Shown one piece after another: positions 19,454 through 29,173 of a stretch of 64,000 nucleotides of DNA. Within the stretch, counting starts at the first letter, position 1, and each line of letters begins with the position of its first letter. The notes under the pieces were generated by a model. It was not told the DNA's origin. It worked only from the letters and a program-made list of their open reading frames with translations, and made no database searches. The position numbers and the translations under genes were made by a program. The stretch covers positions 7,634-71,633 of the forward strand of contig VBLZ01000097.1 in the NCBI GenBank assembly GCA_005878515.1. The letters are read 5' to 3'. The stretch is from Methanobacteriota archaeon (GTDB lineage: Archaea; Thermoplasmatota; Thermoplasmata; RBG-16-68-12).

Positions 19454-19987
19454 TCACGCTGCGCGCTTCGCAATCATCTGCGCGAGCTTCGCGAACGCGA
19501 CCTCGACGTTCTCGCCGGTCTTCGCGGACGTGAACAAGAACGGGGCCTCGTGCGCCTCCGCCGCGCTCTGCACGTCGGCCTTCGTAATCGCCATCTGGTT
19601 CTTCAGATCCGCCTTGTTCGCCAGGAATTCGATCGGGACGTTCCCGGTGACCTTTATCACGGCGGCGACCCAATCCTCGAGGTCATCGAGCGTCTCCTTC
19701 CGCGTCACATCGCACACCGCGAGGACGCCCTGGGCCCCGTGGAAGTACGCTTCTTTGAGCAATTCGCGGAAGCCTTTCTCGCCCATGATATCCCAGATCG
19801 TCATGTCGACGTCCATGCCGCCGTTCGCGCCGTCGACCTTGATCTCTTTCTTCGAGACCTTCGCGCCGAGCGTGGAGATGTATCGGTCGTCGAACTGGTC
19901 CTGGATGAACCTCCGGATCAGGCACGTCTTGCCGACTGCGCCCTCTCCGACGAGGCAGACCTTGACTTTCATCTTTTGGCGGTCCAT
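19454..19987 (-). CDS. Rab-like small GTPase (paralog 1)
   Basis: GEGAVGKT, YISTLG, WDIMGE, NKAD, SAK. Confidence 0.92.
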   Translation of the reverse strand: MDRQKMKVKVCLVGEGAVGKTCLIRRFIQDQFDDRYISTLGAKVSKKEIKVDGANGGMDVDMTIWDIMGEKGFRELLKEAYFHGAQGVLAVCDVTRKETLDDLEDWVAAVIKVTGNVPIEFLANKADLKNQMAITKADVQSAAEAHEAPFLFTSAKTGENVEVAFAKLAQMIAKRAA

Positions 19988-20102
19988 CAGAATCCCTAGA
20001 GCCGGTGCGTCGCTCGCACACGTCTCAGGTTATAAAGGCGTTGCCCATCGGTTATCTATCGAGATAATGGCGGGGGCTCGGAGGGCTTGCGCCTCGATGG
20101 CG

Positions 20103-20660
20103 TCACTCGTTTCCGCGGTTCCCGATCGCATCGGCGAGGGCGCGGAACGCCTCGGCCACGCCGGCCCCGGTCTTCGCCGACGCGAGGAACTGAGGTGCGC
20201 TGTGGATCGACCCCATCCGGCCGAGTTCTTCCTGGCTCACGACGAGCCGCTCGGTCAGGTCCATCTTGTTCCCGAGGAACACCATCGGGACGTTGCCGAC
20301 CTGCTTTCGGATCATCTGGACCCAGTTGTTGAGATCGTAAAACGTATCCTTCCGCGTGAGGTCGCAGACCGCGATCACGCCTTGGGAGCCTTCGAAGTAC
20401 GCGTCGCGGAGTAAGGCCCGGAATCCCTTTTCGCCCATGATGTCCCAGACCATCATGTCGAGCGTCGCGGGGGCGCCCTTCCAAACGACATCGACCGACT
20501 TCTTCGTGACCTTCGTGCCGACCGTGGCGATGTACCGGTCGTCGAACTGGTCTTGAACGAACCGCTTGATGAGAGAGGTCTTGCCGACCGCGACATCCCC
20601 GACGAGGCAGACCTTGGCCTTGAGATGCTTCTGGCCAGCCATCGTGGACGTCGCCATCAC
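20103..20660 (-). CDS. Rab-like small GTPase (paralog 2)
   Basis: GDVAVGKT, YIATVG, WDIMGE, NKMD, SAK. Confidence 0.92.
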   Translation of the reverse strand: MMATSTMAGQKHLKAKVCLVGDVAVGKTSLIKRFVQDQFDDRYIATVGTKVTKKSVDVVWKGAPATLDMMVWDIMGEKGFRALLRDAYFEGSQGVIAVCDLTRKDTFYDLNNWVQMIRKQVGNVPMVFLGNKMDLTERLVVSQEELGRMGSIHSAPQFLASAKTGAGVAEAFRALADAIGNRGNE

Positions 20661-20722
20661 GGGCCACCCATCGAGCGCGGTCTTATGTACCGTGCAGACG
20701 CGAGTATCGCCCCTGATAATTC

Positions 20723-21286
20723 TTACTCTTCAGGGAGCACTTTTCGCGCGTAACGCTCCTTCGCGACCCGCTCGGCAAGGGACTGGAACGCATTCTCGAC
20801 GTTGACGCCGGCCTTCGCCGACGTGAAGTGGAACGGACTGTCGTAGGCGCGGGCGGCCTGGACCATGTCGTCCTCGCTGATCTGAATCTGGTCCTTCAAG
20901 TCGATCTTGTTGCCGAGGAACTCGATCGGAATCTTGCCCGTGACACTGTAGACGCCCTCGATCCAGTCGTCGAGGTCTTCGAGGGTCTTCTTCCGGGTGA
21001 CGTCGCAGACCGCAAGGATCCCGCGGGCGCCGTAGAAGTACGCCTCCTTGAGCAGCTCGCGGAAGCCTTTCTGGCCCATGATATCCCAGATTGTCATGTC
21101 GATCTTCAATTCGCCCGAGCCGTCCGGCGACGAGGAGGTGAGCTCCTTCTTTGAGACCTTCGTGCCGAGCGTCTGGATGTACTTATCATCGAAGTTCTCC
21201 AGCACGAATCGGCGGATGAGAGAGGTCTTGCCAACTGCAGCCTCACCAACGAGGCAAACTTTCACTTTCATCCGCTTGACTTCCAT
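20723..21286 (-). CDS. Rab-like small GTPase (paralog 3)
   Basis: GEAAVGKT, YIQTLG, WDIMGQ, NKID, SAK. Confidence 0.92.
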   Translation of the reverse strand: MEVKRMKVKVCLVGEAAVGKTSLIRRFVLENFDDKYIQTLGTKVSKKELTSSSPDGSGELKIDMTIWDIMGQKGFRELLKEAYFYGARGILAVCDVTRKKTLEDLDDWIEGVYSVTGKIPIEFLGNKIDLKDQIQISEDDMVQAARAYDSPFHFTSAKAGVNVENAFQSLAERVAKERYARKVLPEE

Positions 21287-21460
21287 GAAGAACCGCCCAG
21301 CGACGTGGCATAGCCTGCGAAGCCCGCTTAAAAGTTATGGGAGTGTTATCACCGACGATACATCGGAACCCGCTCGCCATGAGTGATGCGTGTCCGTGCG
21401 CCTCGCGCGTGGCGAAAGGTTTTGTATTTTCCGCGTCATGTCGTCGACGAAGGCGCGACG

Positions 21461-21625
21461 ATGTGTGACGAATACTACGACGCGCGCATGAAAGCGTTCT
21501 GGCGGGCTCTCGCGGAAGAGGACGAACGAGCGATCGACGAGGAAGAGGAAAAACCGATCGCGCAGCCGATTGTCCTCGAGATCGCCGAGCCACACAAACC
21601 GAAACAGAAACCGCTCGCCCGCTGA
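21461..21625 (+). CDS. Small acidic hypothetical protein (54 aa)
   Basis: MCDEYYDARMKAFWRALAEEDE...; GAAGG upstream; divergent from the GTPase cluster. Confidence 0.55.
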   Translation: MCDEYYDARMKAFWRALAEEDERAIDEEEEKPIAQPIVLEIAEPHKPKQKPLAR

Positions 21626-21682
21626 ACCGCTCGAGACGGACGCCCGCGACCGAATTCCCCGGGAGGCGGAGCCTCCGTCTCC

Positions 21683-21696
21683 AAAGAATTATATAC
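21683..21696 (+). promoter_or_regulatory. BRE-TATA promoter of the rpl3 operon
   Basis: AAAGAA-TTATATAC about 180 nt upstream of rpl3. Confidence 0.7.
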
Positions 21697-21874
21697 GTCC
21701 CCTCCATAGAGACGGCCCAACGCGTCGACCAGACGCCCCCGGGCAATCCCTTCGTGGATCCCGGAAATGCGGGCCCGATTCTTCTGGCCTCGCAGGCAGC
21801 GTCACGGTGTCGCGACCGAACGCCCGCGGCTCATCGTACGCGAGGAGAGACCACTCTCCGCGGAGGAGTGGCCA

Positions 21875-22879
21875 GTGCCGAAGGAACACCGACCGAGACA
21901 CGGATCGATGGGCTTTTCGCCCCGCAAGCGGAGCGAGAGCCCGATTCCGCACTTCTCGAGCTGGCCGGACGTGGACGGCGGCACGCCTCGGCTCCAAGGA
22001 TTCGCCGGCTACAAGGCGGGCATGACGCACGCGATTGTCGTCGACTACCGACCGACCTCGACGACCTCGGGCCAAGAGGTCCAGGTCCCCGTGACGGTCG
22101 TCGAGGTGCCGCCAATGCGGGTCGCCGCCGTCCGATTGTACCGGCGCGTGCCGGAAGGGCTCAAGACCGCCGCGGAGGTGTGGGCGGCTCAACTCGAGAA
22201 GGAGCTTCGCCGCGTCTTCCCGATCCCGAAAGACTACGACGCGGAGGAAGCCTGGTCGAAGGTCGACGCGGCCGCCATCGACGAGGTTCGGGTTATCACG
22301 TACACGCAGCCGTCGCTCGTCACCGGCGTCCCGAAGAAGAAGCCGGACCTGATGGAAAATCGGGTGGGCGGCGGATCGATCGAGGACCGGATCAAGTACG
22401 CACGCGGACTCCTGGGAAAGGAGATTCCCGTCACCGAATTTTGCCGCGAGGGTTCGATGGTCGACGTCGCGGCGATCACGAAGGGGAAAGGCTGGAAGGG
22501 CCACCACACGCGCTGGGGCACGCGTCTCCTGAGTCACAAGAACTCGAAGCACCGACGGAACATCGGAACGCTCGGGAATTTCCAGCCCGGGTACGTCCGC
22601 CCGACCGTGCCGCAAGGGGGCCAGTTCGGCTACCATCAACGGACGGAGTACAACAAGAGGATCCTGAAAATCGGAGACAAGGCGGACGAGGTCACGCCGG
22701 AGGGAGGCTTCCTCCATTACGGGAATCTGCGGAATCCGTTCGTCCTGCTGCATGGATCGATTCCGGGGCCAACGAAGCGCCTTATTCGATTCCGCGATGC
22801 GGCTCGCGGCGGATACGTGAAGCTCGAGAAATCCCCGGACCTCACGTACATCTCCCGCCAATCGAAGCAGGGGGTGTGA
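21875..22879 (+). CDS. rpl3: 50S ribosomal protein L3
   Basis: HRPRHGSMGFSPRKR, GYKAGMTH, GQFGYHQRTEYNKRI. Confidence 0.97.
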   Translation: MPKEHRPRHGSMGFSPRKRSESPIPHFSSWPDVDGGTPRLQGFAGYKAGMTHAIVVDYRPTSTTSGQEVQVPVTVVEVPPMRVAAVRLYRRVPEGLKTAAEVWAAQLEKELRRVFPIPKDYDAEEAWSKVDAAAIDEVRVITYTQPSLVTGVPKKKPDLMENRVGGGSIEDRIKYARGLLGKEIPVTEFCREGSMVDVAAITKGKGWKGHHTRWGTRLLSHKNSKHRRNIGTLGNFQPGYVRPTVPQGGQFGYHQRTEYNKRILKIGDKADEVTPEGGFLHYGNLRNPFVLLHGSIPGPTKRLIRFRDAARGGYVKLEKSPDLTYISRQSKQGV

Positions 22880-22883
22880 CGGC

Positions 22884-23828
22884 ATGGCGGATCCCGAGGA
22901 CAAGAAGGGCACCGCGGGATCCGCGGACGCCAAGCCGGCCCCGAAACGCCGCATACGGGCTCCGAAGGCCGCGAAACCGACGAAGGCCGCGAAGGCGGCG
23001 AGGGCCACTCAAGAGAAGGAGACGAAACGAGAGGCGCCCGCGGTCAAGCCCGGTCAAGTTCACGTCTACTCCCTCGACGGCGACATCATCAAGACGGTCG
23101 AACTCCCGACGGTCTTCCGATCCGATGTCCGCCTCGATCTGATTCGGCGGGCGGTGACCGCATTCCAAGCGAACCGTCGACAACCCTACGGGCCCTCGCC
23201 GATGGCGGGGATGCATCACTCCGTCCGCTGGTCGGGGAAGGGGAAAGGCGTGTCGCGGGTCCCGCGTCTCCGCGGCACGATGACCGGGGCGCAAGCGCCC
23301 GGGACGGTCGGTGGCCGCCGAGCGCATCCCCCTCGCCCGGACAAGGTGTGGGTCAAGAAGGTCAACGAACAGGAACGGCGGCTGGCTCGCAACGCCGCGA
23401 TCGCGGCCGTGAAGGATCCTCGGATGGTCGCATCGCGCGGCCACCGATTCCCGGAGGACATCACGCTCCCCGTGGTGATCGAGGACGGAATCGAGACGCT
23501 CACGCCGGATAGCGGCGCGACCCGCGAGGGCCTGAAGATCCTCAATCACCTCGGCCTCCTACCCGACGTGGAACGCGCGAAAGACGGACGACACATCCGC
23601 GCCGGCCGCGGGAAGATGCGCGGGCGGCGGTACCGCCAGCCCCGGAGCGTCCTCGTGGTCGTGAAAGAAGCCGGAAACGTCCGGCGGCTCCTGGGAAATC
23701 TTCCCGGCGTCGAGGTCGTGAACCCCGCGGCCTTGAACGCGGAGGTCCTCGCGCCGGGAGGCGACCCCGGACGACTCACGGTTTTCAGCGAAGGGGCGCT
23801 CGAGATCCTCAGGAGCTGGCCGACATGA
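22884..23828 (+). CDS. rpl4: 50S ribosomal protein L4 with Lys/Ala-rich N-terminal tail
   Basis: GVSRVPR, GGRRAHPP, IRAGRGKMRGRRY, LAPGGDPGRLT. Confidence 0.96.
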   Translation: MADPEDKKGTAGSADAKPAPKRRIRAPKAAKPTKAAKAARATQEKETKREAPAVKPGQVHVYSLDGDIIKTVELPTVFRSDVRLDLIRRAVTAFQANRRQPYGPSPMAGMHHSVRWSGKGKGVSRVPRLRGTMTGAQAPGTVGGRRAHPPRPDKVWVKKVNEQERRLARNAAIAAVKDPRMVASRGHRFPEDITLPVVIEDGIETLTPDSGATREGLKILNHLGLLPDVERAKDGRHIRAGRGKMRGRRYRQPRSVLVVVKEAGNVRRLLGNLPGVEVVNPAALNAEVLAPGGDPGRLTVFSEGALEILRSWPT

Positions 23829-24106
23829 AGCCCCACGAGATCCTCATCCATCCGTACGTCACAGAGAAGACGCTCAACATGCTGCAGGGCACGCCGGCGC
23901 AGAACCTGAAGGACGGCAATCGCCTCGAATTCCTCGTGCGGCGAGAAGCGACGCGCTCAGAGGTCAAGAAGGCTTTCGAAGAGCTCTTCGAGGTGAAGGT
24001 CGCGAAGGTCAACACGTTCGTCCGGAAGGACGGGAAGCATGCGATCATCAAGTTGAAGGCAGGCTTCTCCGCGGAGGAGATCGGCATGCGGATCGGGGTG
24101 TTTTGA
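23825..24106 (+). CDS. rpl23: 50S ribosomal protein L23
   Basis: PYVTEK, FEVKVAKVNT, RIGVF. Confidence 0.95.
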   Translation: MKPHEILIHPYVTEKTLNMLQGTPAQNLKDGNRLEFLVRREATRSEVKKAFEELFEVKVAKVNTFVRKDGKHAIIKLKAGFSAEEIGMRIGVF

Positions 24107-24939
24107 TGGGGAAGAATCTTCGTTCCCAGCGACGCGGTCGCGGCACCTCGCCGACCTACCGCTCCCCGAGCCATCGTCATCCGGGCCTCGTCACCTATCC
24201 GCGCTTCCGCGGTGCGGGTGTGGTCACTGATATCTTCCAGGCGCCCGGTCACACGGCGCCCCTCGCGCGCGTTCGATTCGGCAGTCAAGAGGTCCTCATG
24301 ATTGCCTGCGACGGACTCTCGATTGGTCAACCGGTCACCCACGGCATGCCGAACGTGGACCGCGGGAACACGTTGCCCCTCCGCGAGATTCCGGAAGGCA
24401 CGTTGGTCTACAACATCGAAGCGATGCCCGGGGACGGAGGGAAGTTCGTGCGGGCTGCCGGAACGCAGGCCGTCGTCGTCAGCCAAGCCGAACGCACGGT
24501 GGTCCAGCTTCCCTCGGGACAGTTCCACACGTTCCACCCGGATTGCCGCGCGACGATCGGCGCGGTCGCGGGTGCCGGCCGCGGTGACAAGCCCTTCACG
24601 AAAGCGGGCAAGAAGTGGTTCTCGTACCGCTCCTTCAGCAAGCCCGCATTCAACGTGCGCGGCGTTGCGATGAACCCCGTGGACCATCCGCACGGCGGCG
24701 GATCCCACCAGCACGTCGGGAAGCCGTCGACCGTGGGGTATGACGCTCCTCCCGGCCGGAAGGTCGGCCGGAACGTGCGCGGCGTTGCGATGAACCCCGT
24801 GGACCATCCGCACGGCGGCGGATCCCACCAGCACGTCGGGAAGCCGTCGACCGTGGGGTATGACGCTCCTCCCGGCCGGAAGGTCGGCCGGATGTCCCCG
24901 AAGCCGAAGCGGCTGAAGCTGAAACGACGGAGGTCCTGA
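24106..24939 (+). CDS. rpl2: 50S ribosomal protein L2 (contains a 40-aa duplication)
   Basis: MGKNLRSQRRGRG, GDGGKFVRAAG, RGVAMNPVDHPHGGG (twice). Confidence 0.95.
   Translation: MGKNLRSQRRGRGTSPTYRSPSHRHPGLVTYPRFRGAGVVTDIFQAPGHTAPLARVRFGSQEVLMIACDGLSIGQPVTHGMPNVDRGNTLPLREIPEGTLVYNIEAMPGDGGKFVRAAGTQAVVVSQAERTVVQLPSGQFHTFHPDCRATIGAVAGAGRGDKPFTKAGKKWFSYRSFSKPAFNVRGVAMNPVDHPHGGGSHQHVGKPSTVGYDAPPGRKVGRNVRGVAMNPVDHPHGGGSHQHVGKPSTVGYDAPPGRKVGRMSPKPKRLKLKRRRS
24652..24891 (+). repeat. Exact 120-bp tandem duplication inside rpl2
   Basis: 24652-24771 identical to 24772-24891. Confidence 0.97.
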
Positions 24940-24941
24940 CG

Positions 24942-25409
24942 ATGGCGAGGAAGCAGATGGGCGGCCTGGCCAAGGCCGCGCGACGGAAGCTGCGGAAGCG
25001 CGCGGGCCTGGTCGAGACCCGGCGCAAGAAGGAGTTCACGTACCGTGGGTACACGCTCGATGAGATGAAGGCGATGACGCTCGAAGAGATCATCGAGCTC
25101 CTGCCCGCCCGACCGCGGCGGTCGTTCATGCGCGGGATTGACGAGGAACGCTTCACGTTCGTCGAGAAGGTCCGCGCGAACGGGACCGAGGAGGCCGTGC
25201 GCACACACTGCCGCGACGTCCCGATCCTCCCGGACTTCATCGGGAAGAAGGTCGCGGTCCACAACGGGAAGGAGTTCGTGACGGTCGAGATCAAGGCGGA
25301 GATGATCGGGCATTACATCGGCGAGTTCGCCATGACGCGGAAGCCGGTCACGCACAGCGGACCCGGCGTCGGGGCGACGCGATCGTCGAAGTTCATGCCG
25401 CTGAAATGA
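24942..25409 (+). CDS. rps19: 30S ribosomal protein S19
   Basis: EFTYRGY, RTHCRD, MIGHYIGEF, GVGATRSSKFMPLK. Confidence 0.97.
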   Translation: MARKQMGGLAKAARRKLRKRAGLVETRRKKEFTYRGYTLDEMKAMTLEEIIELLPARPRRSFMRGIDEERFTFVEKVRANGTEEAVRTHCRDVPILPDFIGKKVAVHNGKEFVTVEIKAEMIGHYIGEFAMTRKPVTHSGPGVGATRSSKFMPLK

Positions 25410-25416
25410 GGGTCGC

Positions 25417-25872
25417 ATGTCGAAGTTCGGGTACACGGTCGAATACAAGATCGAGACGATGGCCCGAGCCTACGGCCGAGAGCTCCCGCTCGCCTGGAAG
25501 AAGTCCGTCGAGCTCGCCCGCCAACTGCGCGGGAAGACGGTCGACCAGGCGCGCGAATACCTCGAGAAAGTGATCGCCCTGAAGCAACCGGTGCCGATGA
25601 AAAAATACAAACGCTGGGTCGCGCACAAGGCGGGCACCGGCCCGGCCCGCTATCCGGTGAAAGCGGCGAAGGCCTTCCTCAAGATCCTCGAGAGCGCGGT
25701 CGCGAACGCGGAGTTCACCGGGAAAGAAGATCCCGACGCGATGGTCATCCGCGTGATCAACGCCCACAAAGGGGCGACGACGAAAGGCTTTCGCCCGCGC
25801 GCGTACGGGCGAAGCGGTCCGTGGAACCAGGACACCGTGAACCTCGAGATCGTCCTCGAAGAGGTGGCATGA
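25417..25872 (+). CDS. rpl22: 50S ribosomal protein L22
   Basis: ARYPVKAA, PRAYGR; operon position. Confidence 0.95.
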   Translation: MSKFGYTVEYKIETMARAYGRELPLAWKKSVELARQLRGKTVDQAREYLEKVIALKQPVPMKKYKRWVAHKAGTGPARYPVKAAKAFLKILESAVANAEFTGKEDPDAMVIRVINAHKGATTKGFRPRAYGRSGPWNQDTVNLEIVLEEVA

Positions 25873-25873
25873 G

Positions 25874-26758
25874 ATGCCGGCGGAAGCGAAGGTCAACCGG
25901 AAGGACAAGCGGATCATCGTCGAGAACGTCCGCCGCGTGCTGTTGAAGGAATACCTGATGAACGAGACGCGCCGCGCCGGCTTCGGCGGCCTCGATATCC
26001 AACGGACGCCGATGGGGACTCGGGTCACGCTCTTGGCCGAGCGCCCGGGCCTGGTGATCGGCCGAAAAGGCGGCGCGATCAAGGCCCTCACGGAGGCGGT
26101 CGAACAACGGTTCCGGTTCGACAACCCGCAGATCGAAGTCCAGGAGGTTGCGAGCCCCGCGCTGAATGCGCAGATCATGGCCGAGAAGCTGGCCAACGCC
26201 CTCGAACGAGGCTGGCACTTCCGGCGCGCGGGTCACTCGACCGTGCGGCGGATCATGGAGGCCGGCGCGAAGGGGTGCCTCGTCGTGATCGCCGGCAAGC
26301 TCACCGGCCAGCGGCATCGGACGGAGAAGTTCAAGGCGGGCCACATCAAGTACTGCGGAGAACCGCGGAACCTCTGGATGGACCTCGGGTTCGCGTCCGC
26401 GAAGTTGAAACCCGGGATCATCGGCGTCACGGTCGAGATCATGGATCCGCGGGCAAAGCTTCCCGACGAGGTGGAGATCAAGAAGCCGACGGCCGAATAC
26501 CTCGCCGCCGCAGCCGCCGCAGCGCTCGAACCGGTTGCGGCACCGGAGCCGTTGGTCGAGGTCGCGGCCGTGGCCGGACCCGGGAGCGAAGAGTCCGTCG
26601 AAGAGCCCGAACCGCTCATCGTCCCGGAGGAGCCGGATCCGGCGAAGAAGGTCAAGAAGAGCAAAGTCGCGACGAAGCGGTTGAAGAAGGTCGCCAAACA
26701 GGTGAGCGAACTCGGCGTCGACGTCGAGGTGGGGACGGAAGGAGGCGACGAGACGTAA
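25874..26758 (+). CDS. rps3: 30S ribosomal protein S3 with C-terminal extension
   Basis: [12 protein letters not shown] domain, [15 protein letters not shown]...GKL. Confidence 0.96.
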   Translation: MPAEAKVNRKDKRIIVENVRRVLLKEYLMNETRRAGFGGLDIQRTPMGTRVTLLAERPGLVIGRKGGAIKALTEAVEQRFRFDNPQIEVQEVASPALNAQIMAEKLANALERGWHFRRAGHSTVRRIMEAGAKGCLVVIAGKLTGQRHRTEKFKAGHIKYCGEPRNLWMDLGFASAKLKPGIIGVTVEIMDPRAKLPDEVEIKKPTAEYLAAAAAAALEPVAAPEPLVEVAAVAGPGSEESVEEPEPLIVPEEPDPAKKVKKSKVATKRLKKVAKQVSELGVDVEVGTEGGDET

Positions 26759-27024
26759 TGGCATTGCTCCGGACGAAGGAGATCCGCGCAATGGACGCGG
26801 AGACGATCGCGAAGAAGCTCACGGAACTTCGGGACGAGCTGATGCACGAACGAGGCGTCGCCGCCATGGGTGGCGCACCCCCGAACCCCGGCAAGATCCG
26901 CGCACTCCGCAAGAACATCGCCCGAATCCTGACGATCATGCGCGAGGAGGAACTGGCGGGAGGCGCGGGCACCCCGGGGAAAGCCCCGGCTGCGAAACCG
27001 GCGCCTGCGGGAGACGAGACGTGA
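26758..27024 (+). CDS. rpl29: 50S ribosomal protein L29
   Basis: [12 protein letters not shown]...[17 protein letters not shown]. Confidence 0.95.
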   Translation: MALLRTKEIRAMDAETIAKKLTELRDELMHERGVAAMGGAPPNPGKIRALRKNIARILTIMREEELAGGAGTPGKAPAAKPAPAGDET

Positions 27025-27278
27025 TGGCGAACCTCCGGAAACACGAGCTCATCGGCCTTCGGGTGGAGGTCGTCGACGCGTCCGACCCGAGCCAGGAACA
27101 TGTCCGCGGGCGCGTCGTCGATGAGACGCGCAACATGCTCGTGGTCGAGGTGCAAGGGGAGGAAAAGCGGATCCCGAAGCATGGGAGCCGATTCCGTTTC
27201 GATGTCCCCGGCGGATTCGAAGTCGACGGAGACGAGATCCGATTCCGACCAGAAGACCGCGTGAAGAAGGCCCGGTGA
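27024..27278 (+). CDS. rnp1: Ribonuclease P protein component 1 (Rpp29)
   Basis: [24 protein letters not shown]. Confidence 0.93.
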   Translation: MANLRKHELIGLRVEVVDASDPSQEHVRGRVVDETRNMLVVEVQGEEKRIPKHGSRFRFDVPGGFEVDGDEIRFRPEDRVKKAR

Positions 27279-27284
27279 AACGAG

Positions 27285-27683
27285 ATGGCGGAAAAGAAAG
27301 CGCAGAAGAAACCGGTCGCCCCGGCCGCATCCGCCAAGCCGGTCCGCTCCGTCGCGCGCGACGTTGGGATCGACGTCCCGATCCCGACGGCGCCTTGCGC
27401 GGATCCGAAGTGTCCATTCCACGGCCGACTCCCCGTTCGCGGGCAGATGCTCGAAGGGGTCGTCGTGTCGACCCGGATGCAGAACACGGTCGTCATCGAG
27501 CGGCAGTATCTTCGGTATATCCGGAAGTACCAGCGGTACGAGAAGCGGACGCACCGCATGAACGTGCACGCGCCGCCGTGCCTCGGACTCCAGATCGGCC
27601 ATCGCGTCCTCGCGATGGAATGCCGGCCGCTCGGAAAGACGGTTCATTTCGTCGCGATTCACAACCAGGGGGTCGCCGGTTGA
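27285..27683 (+). CDS. rps17: 30S ribosomal protein S17
   Basis: [26 protein letters not shown]. Confidence 0.96.
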   Translation: MAEKKAQKKPVAPAASAKPVRSVARDVGIDVPIPTAPCADPKCPFHGRLPVRGQMLEGVVVSTRMQNTVVIERQYLRYIRKYQRYEKRTHRMNVHAPPCLGLQIGHRVLAMECRPLGKTVHFVAIHNQGVAG

Positions 27684-28078
27684 AGGGACTTCCCGGACGG
27701 CAGACGCGCGGCCTGCCGAAAGGCGCGCGCCTCGAGTGCATCGACAACACGGGGGCGAAGATCGTCGAAATCATCGAGGTCATGAAGTATCGCGGAGTCC
27801 GCAATCGGATCTCCAGCGCCGGGATCGCGGACCTCCTCGTTGTCACGGTCAAGAAAGGGACGCCGGCGACACGGAAGCAAATCATGAACGCGGTCATCGT
27901 CCGCCAACGCCGACCGTTTCGTCGGCCGGAAGGCATGATGGTCCAGTTCGAGGACAACGCATGCGTCATCGTGACCCCGGAAGGCGAGGTCAAAGGATCC
28001 GACATCAAAGGCCCCGTCGCTCGCGAGGCCGCAGAACGGTGGCCGCGGGTCGCCGCGACCGCGAGCATGATCGTGTGA
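27680..28078 (+). CDS. rpl14: 50S ribosomal protein L14
   Basis: [27 protein letters not shown]; TTG start overlapping the rps17 stop. Confidence 0.96.
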   Translation: MKGLPGRQTRGLPKGARLECIDNTGAKIVEIIEVMKYRGVRNRISSAGIADLLVVTVKKGTPATRKQIMNAVIVRQRRPFRRPEGMMVQFEDNACVIVTPEGEVKGSDIKGPVAREAAERWPRVAATASMIV

Positions 28079-28087
28079 GGATTGCCA

Positions 28088-28447
28088 ATGTCGAGTACAC
28101 AACCTCGGACCCAGCGGAAACGGGCGGCGAACGCGCCGCTCCATACGAAACGGATCATGGCATCGTCTCATCTCGCGCCGGAGATCCACGACAAATCGAA
28201 GGCTCACCTCCCGCGGGCCCTGCCGGTCCGGAAAGGCGACACGGTCCGCATCATGCGGGGCGGCTTCCGCGGGAAAGAGGGAAAGGTCGTCTCGGTGGAC
28301 CGCGTCCACGGCACGGTCGTCATCGAGGGCATCACGATCGAGAAGGTCGACGAGAAGAAGGTCGCCCGGCCGCTGCATGCGTCGAACCTCCTGATCGTCC
28401 GGATGGACGACACGGATCCCTGGCGCCGGCGGAAGTTCGAGGAGTGA
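28088..28447 (+). CDS. rpl24: 50S ribosomal protein L24
   Basis: SSTQPRTQRK, VRKGDTVRIMRG KOW motif. Confidence 0.95.
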   Translation: MSSTQPRTQRKRAANAPLHTKRIMASSHLAPEIHDKSKAHLPRALPVRKGDTVRIMRGGFRGKEGKVVSVDRVHGTVVIEGITIEKVDEKKVARPLHASNLLIVRMDDTDPWRRRKFEE

Positions 28448-28454
28448 TTCGCTC

Positions 28455-29165
28455 GTGAAGAAGCATCTGAAGCGGTTGCCGGCGCCCCGGAGCTGGACGA
28501 TCCCGAGGAAGACGGATTTCTGGGTCGTGAAGCCTTCGCCCGGTCCTCACCCGATCGATACGAGCGTCCCGCTCGGCCTGATCCTCCGGGACATGCTGAA
28601 GGTCTGCGCGAACGCCCGGGAGGCCCGGCACATCCTGAACGGCCGCGGCGTCCTCGTGGACGGCCGCGCGGTCACGGATCCGAAATTCCCGGTCGGCCTC
28701 ATGGACGTCCTCTCGTTCGCGGCGACGAAGGCCCATTACCGGATGCTCGTCGACACGCGCGGCCGGATGGCCCTCGTGCCGATCGAGGAGGGCGATGCGA
28801 AGTGGAAGCTGTGCCGCGTCGAGGACAAGACGACGGTCCGCCGGGGCAAGACGCAGGTGAACCTCCATGACGGGCGGAACGTCCTCCTCGAAAAGGACGC
28901 GTACAAGACCGGGGCCACGCTGAAGCTCCACGTCCCGGAGCAGAAGGTCGTCGAGCACTACGAGCTCGGGAAAGGCGCGCCGGTCCTGGTGACGGGCGGC
29001 CAACACGTCGGCGAGATTGCGCACGTCCTCGAGATCCAGCGGACGCGCAACCCGCGTGCGAACATCGTGACCTTCACGGAAGGATTCTCGACGGACGCCG
29101 GCAAGGTGTTCGTCGTCGGCAAGGAGGCCCCGTCGATCCGAACGCCGGAGGTCTCGGCAATCTAG
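28455..29165 (+). CDS. rps4e: 30S ribosomal protein S4e
   Basis: [26 protein letters not shown]. Confidence 0.96.
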   Translation: MKKHLKRLPAPRSWTIPRKTDFWVVKPSPGPHPIDTSVPLGLILRDMLKVCANAREARHILNGRGVLVDGRAVTDPKFPVGLMDVLSFAATKAHYRMLVDTRGRMALVPIEEGDAKWKLCRVEDKTTVRRGKTQVNLHDGRNVLLEKDAYKTGATLKLHVPEQKVVEHYELGKGAPVLVTGGQHVGEIAHVLEIQRTRNPRANIVTFTEGFSTDAGKVFVVGKEAPSIRTPEVSAI

Positions 29166-29173
29166 GTGGGACC

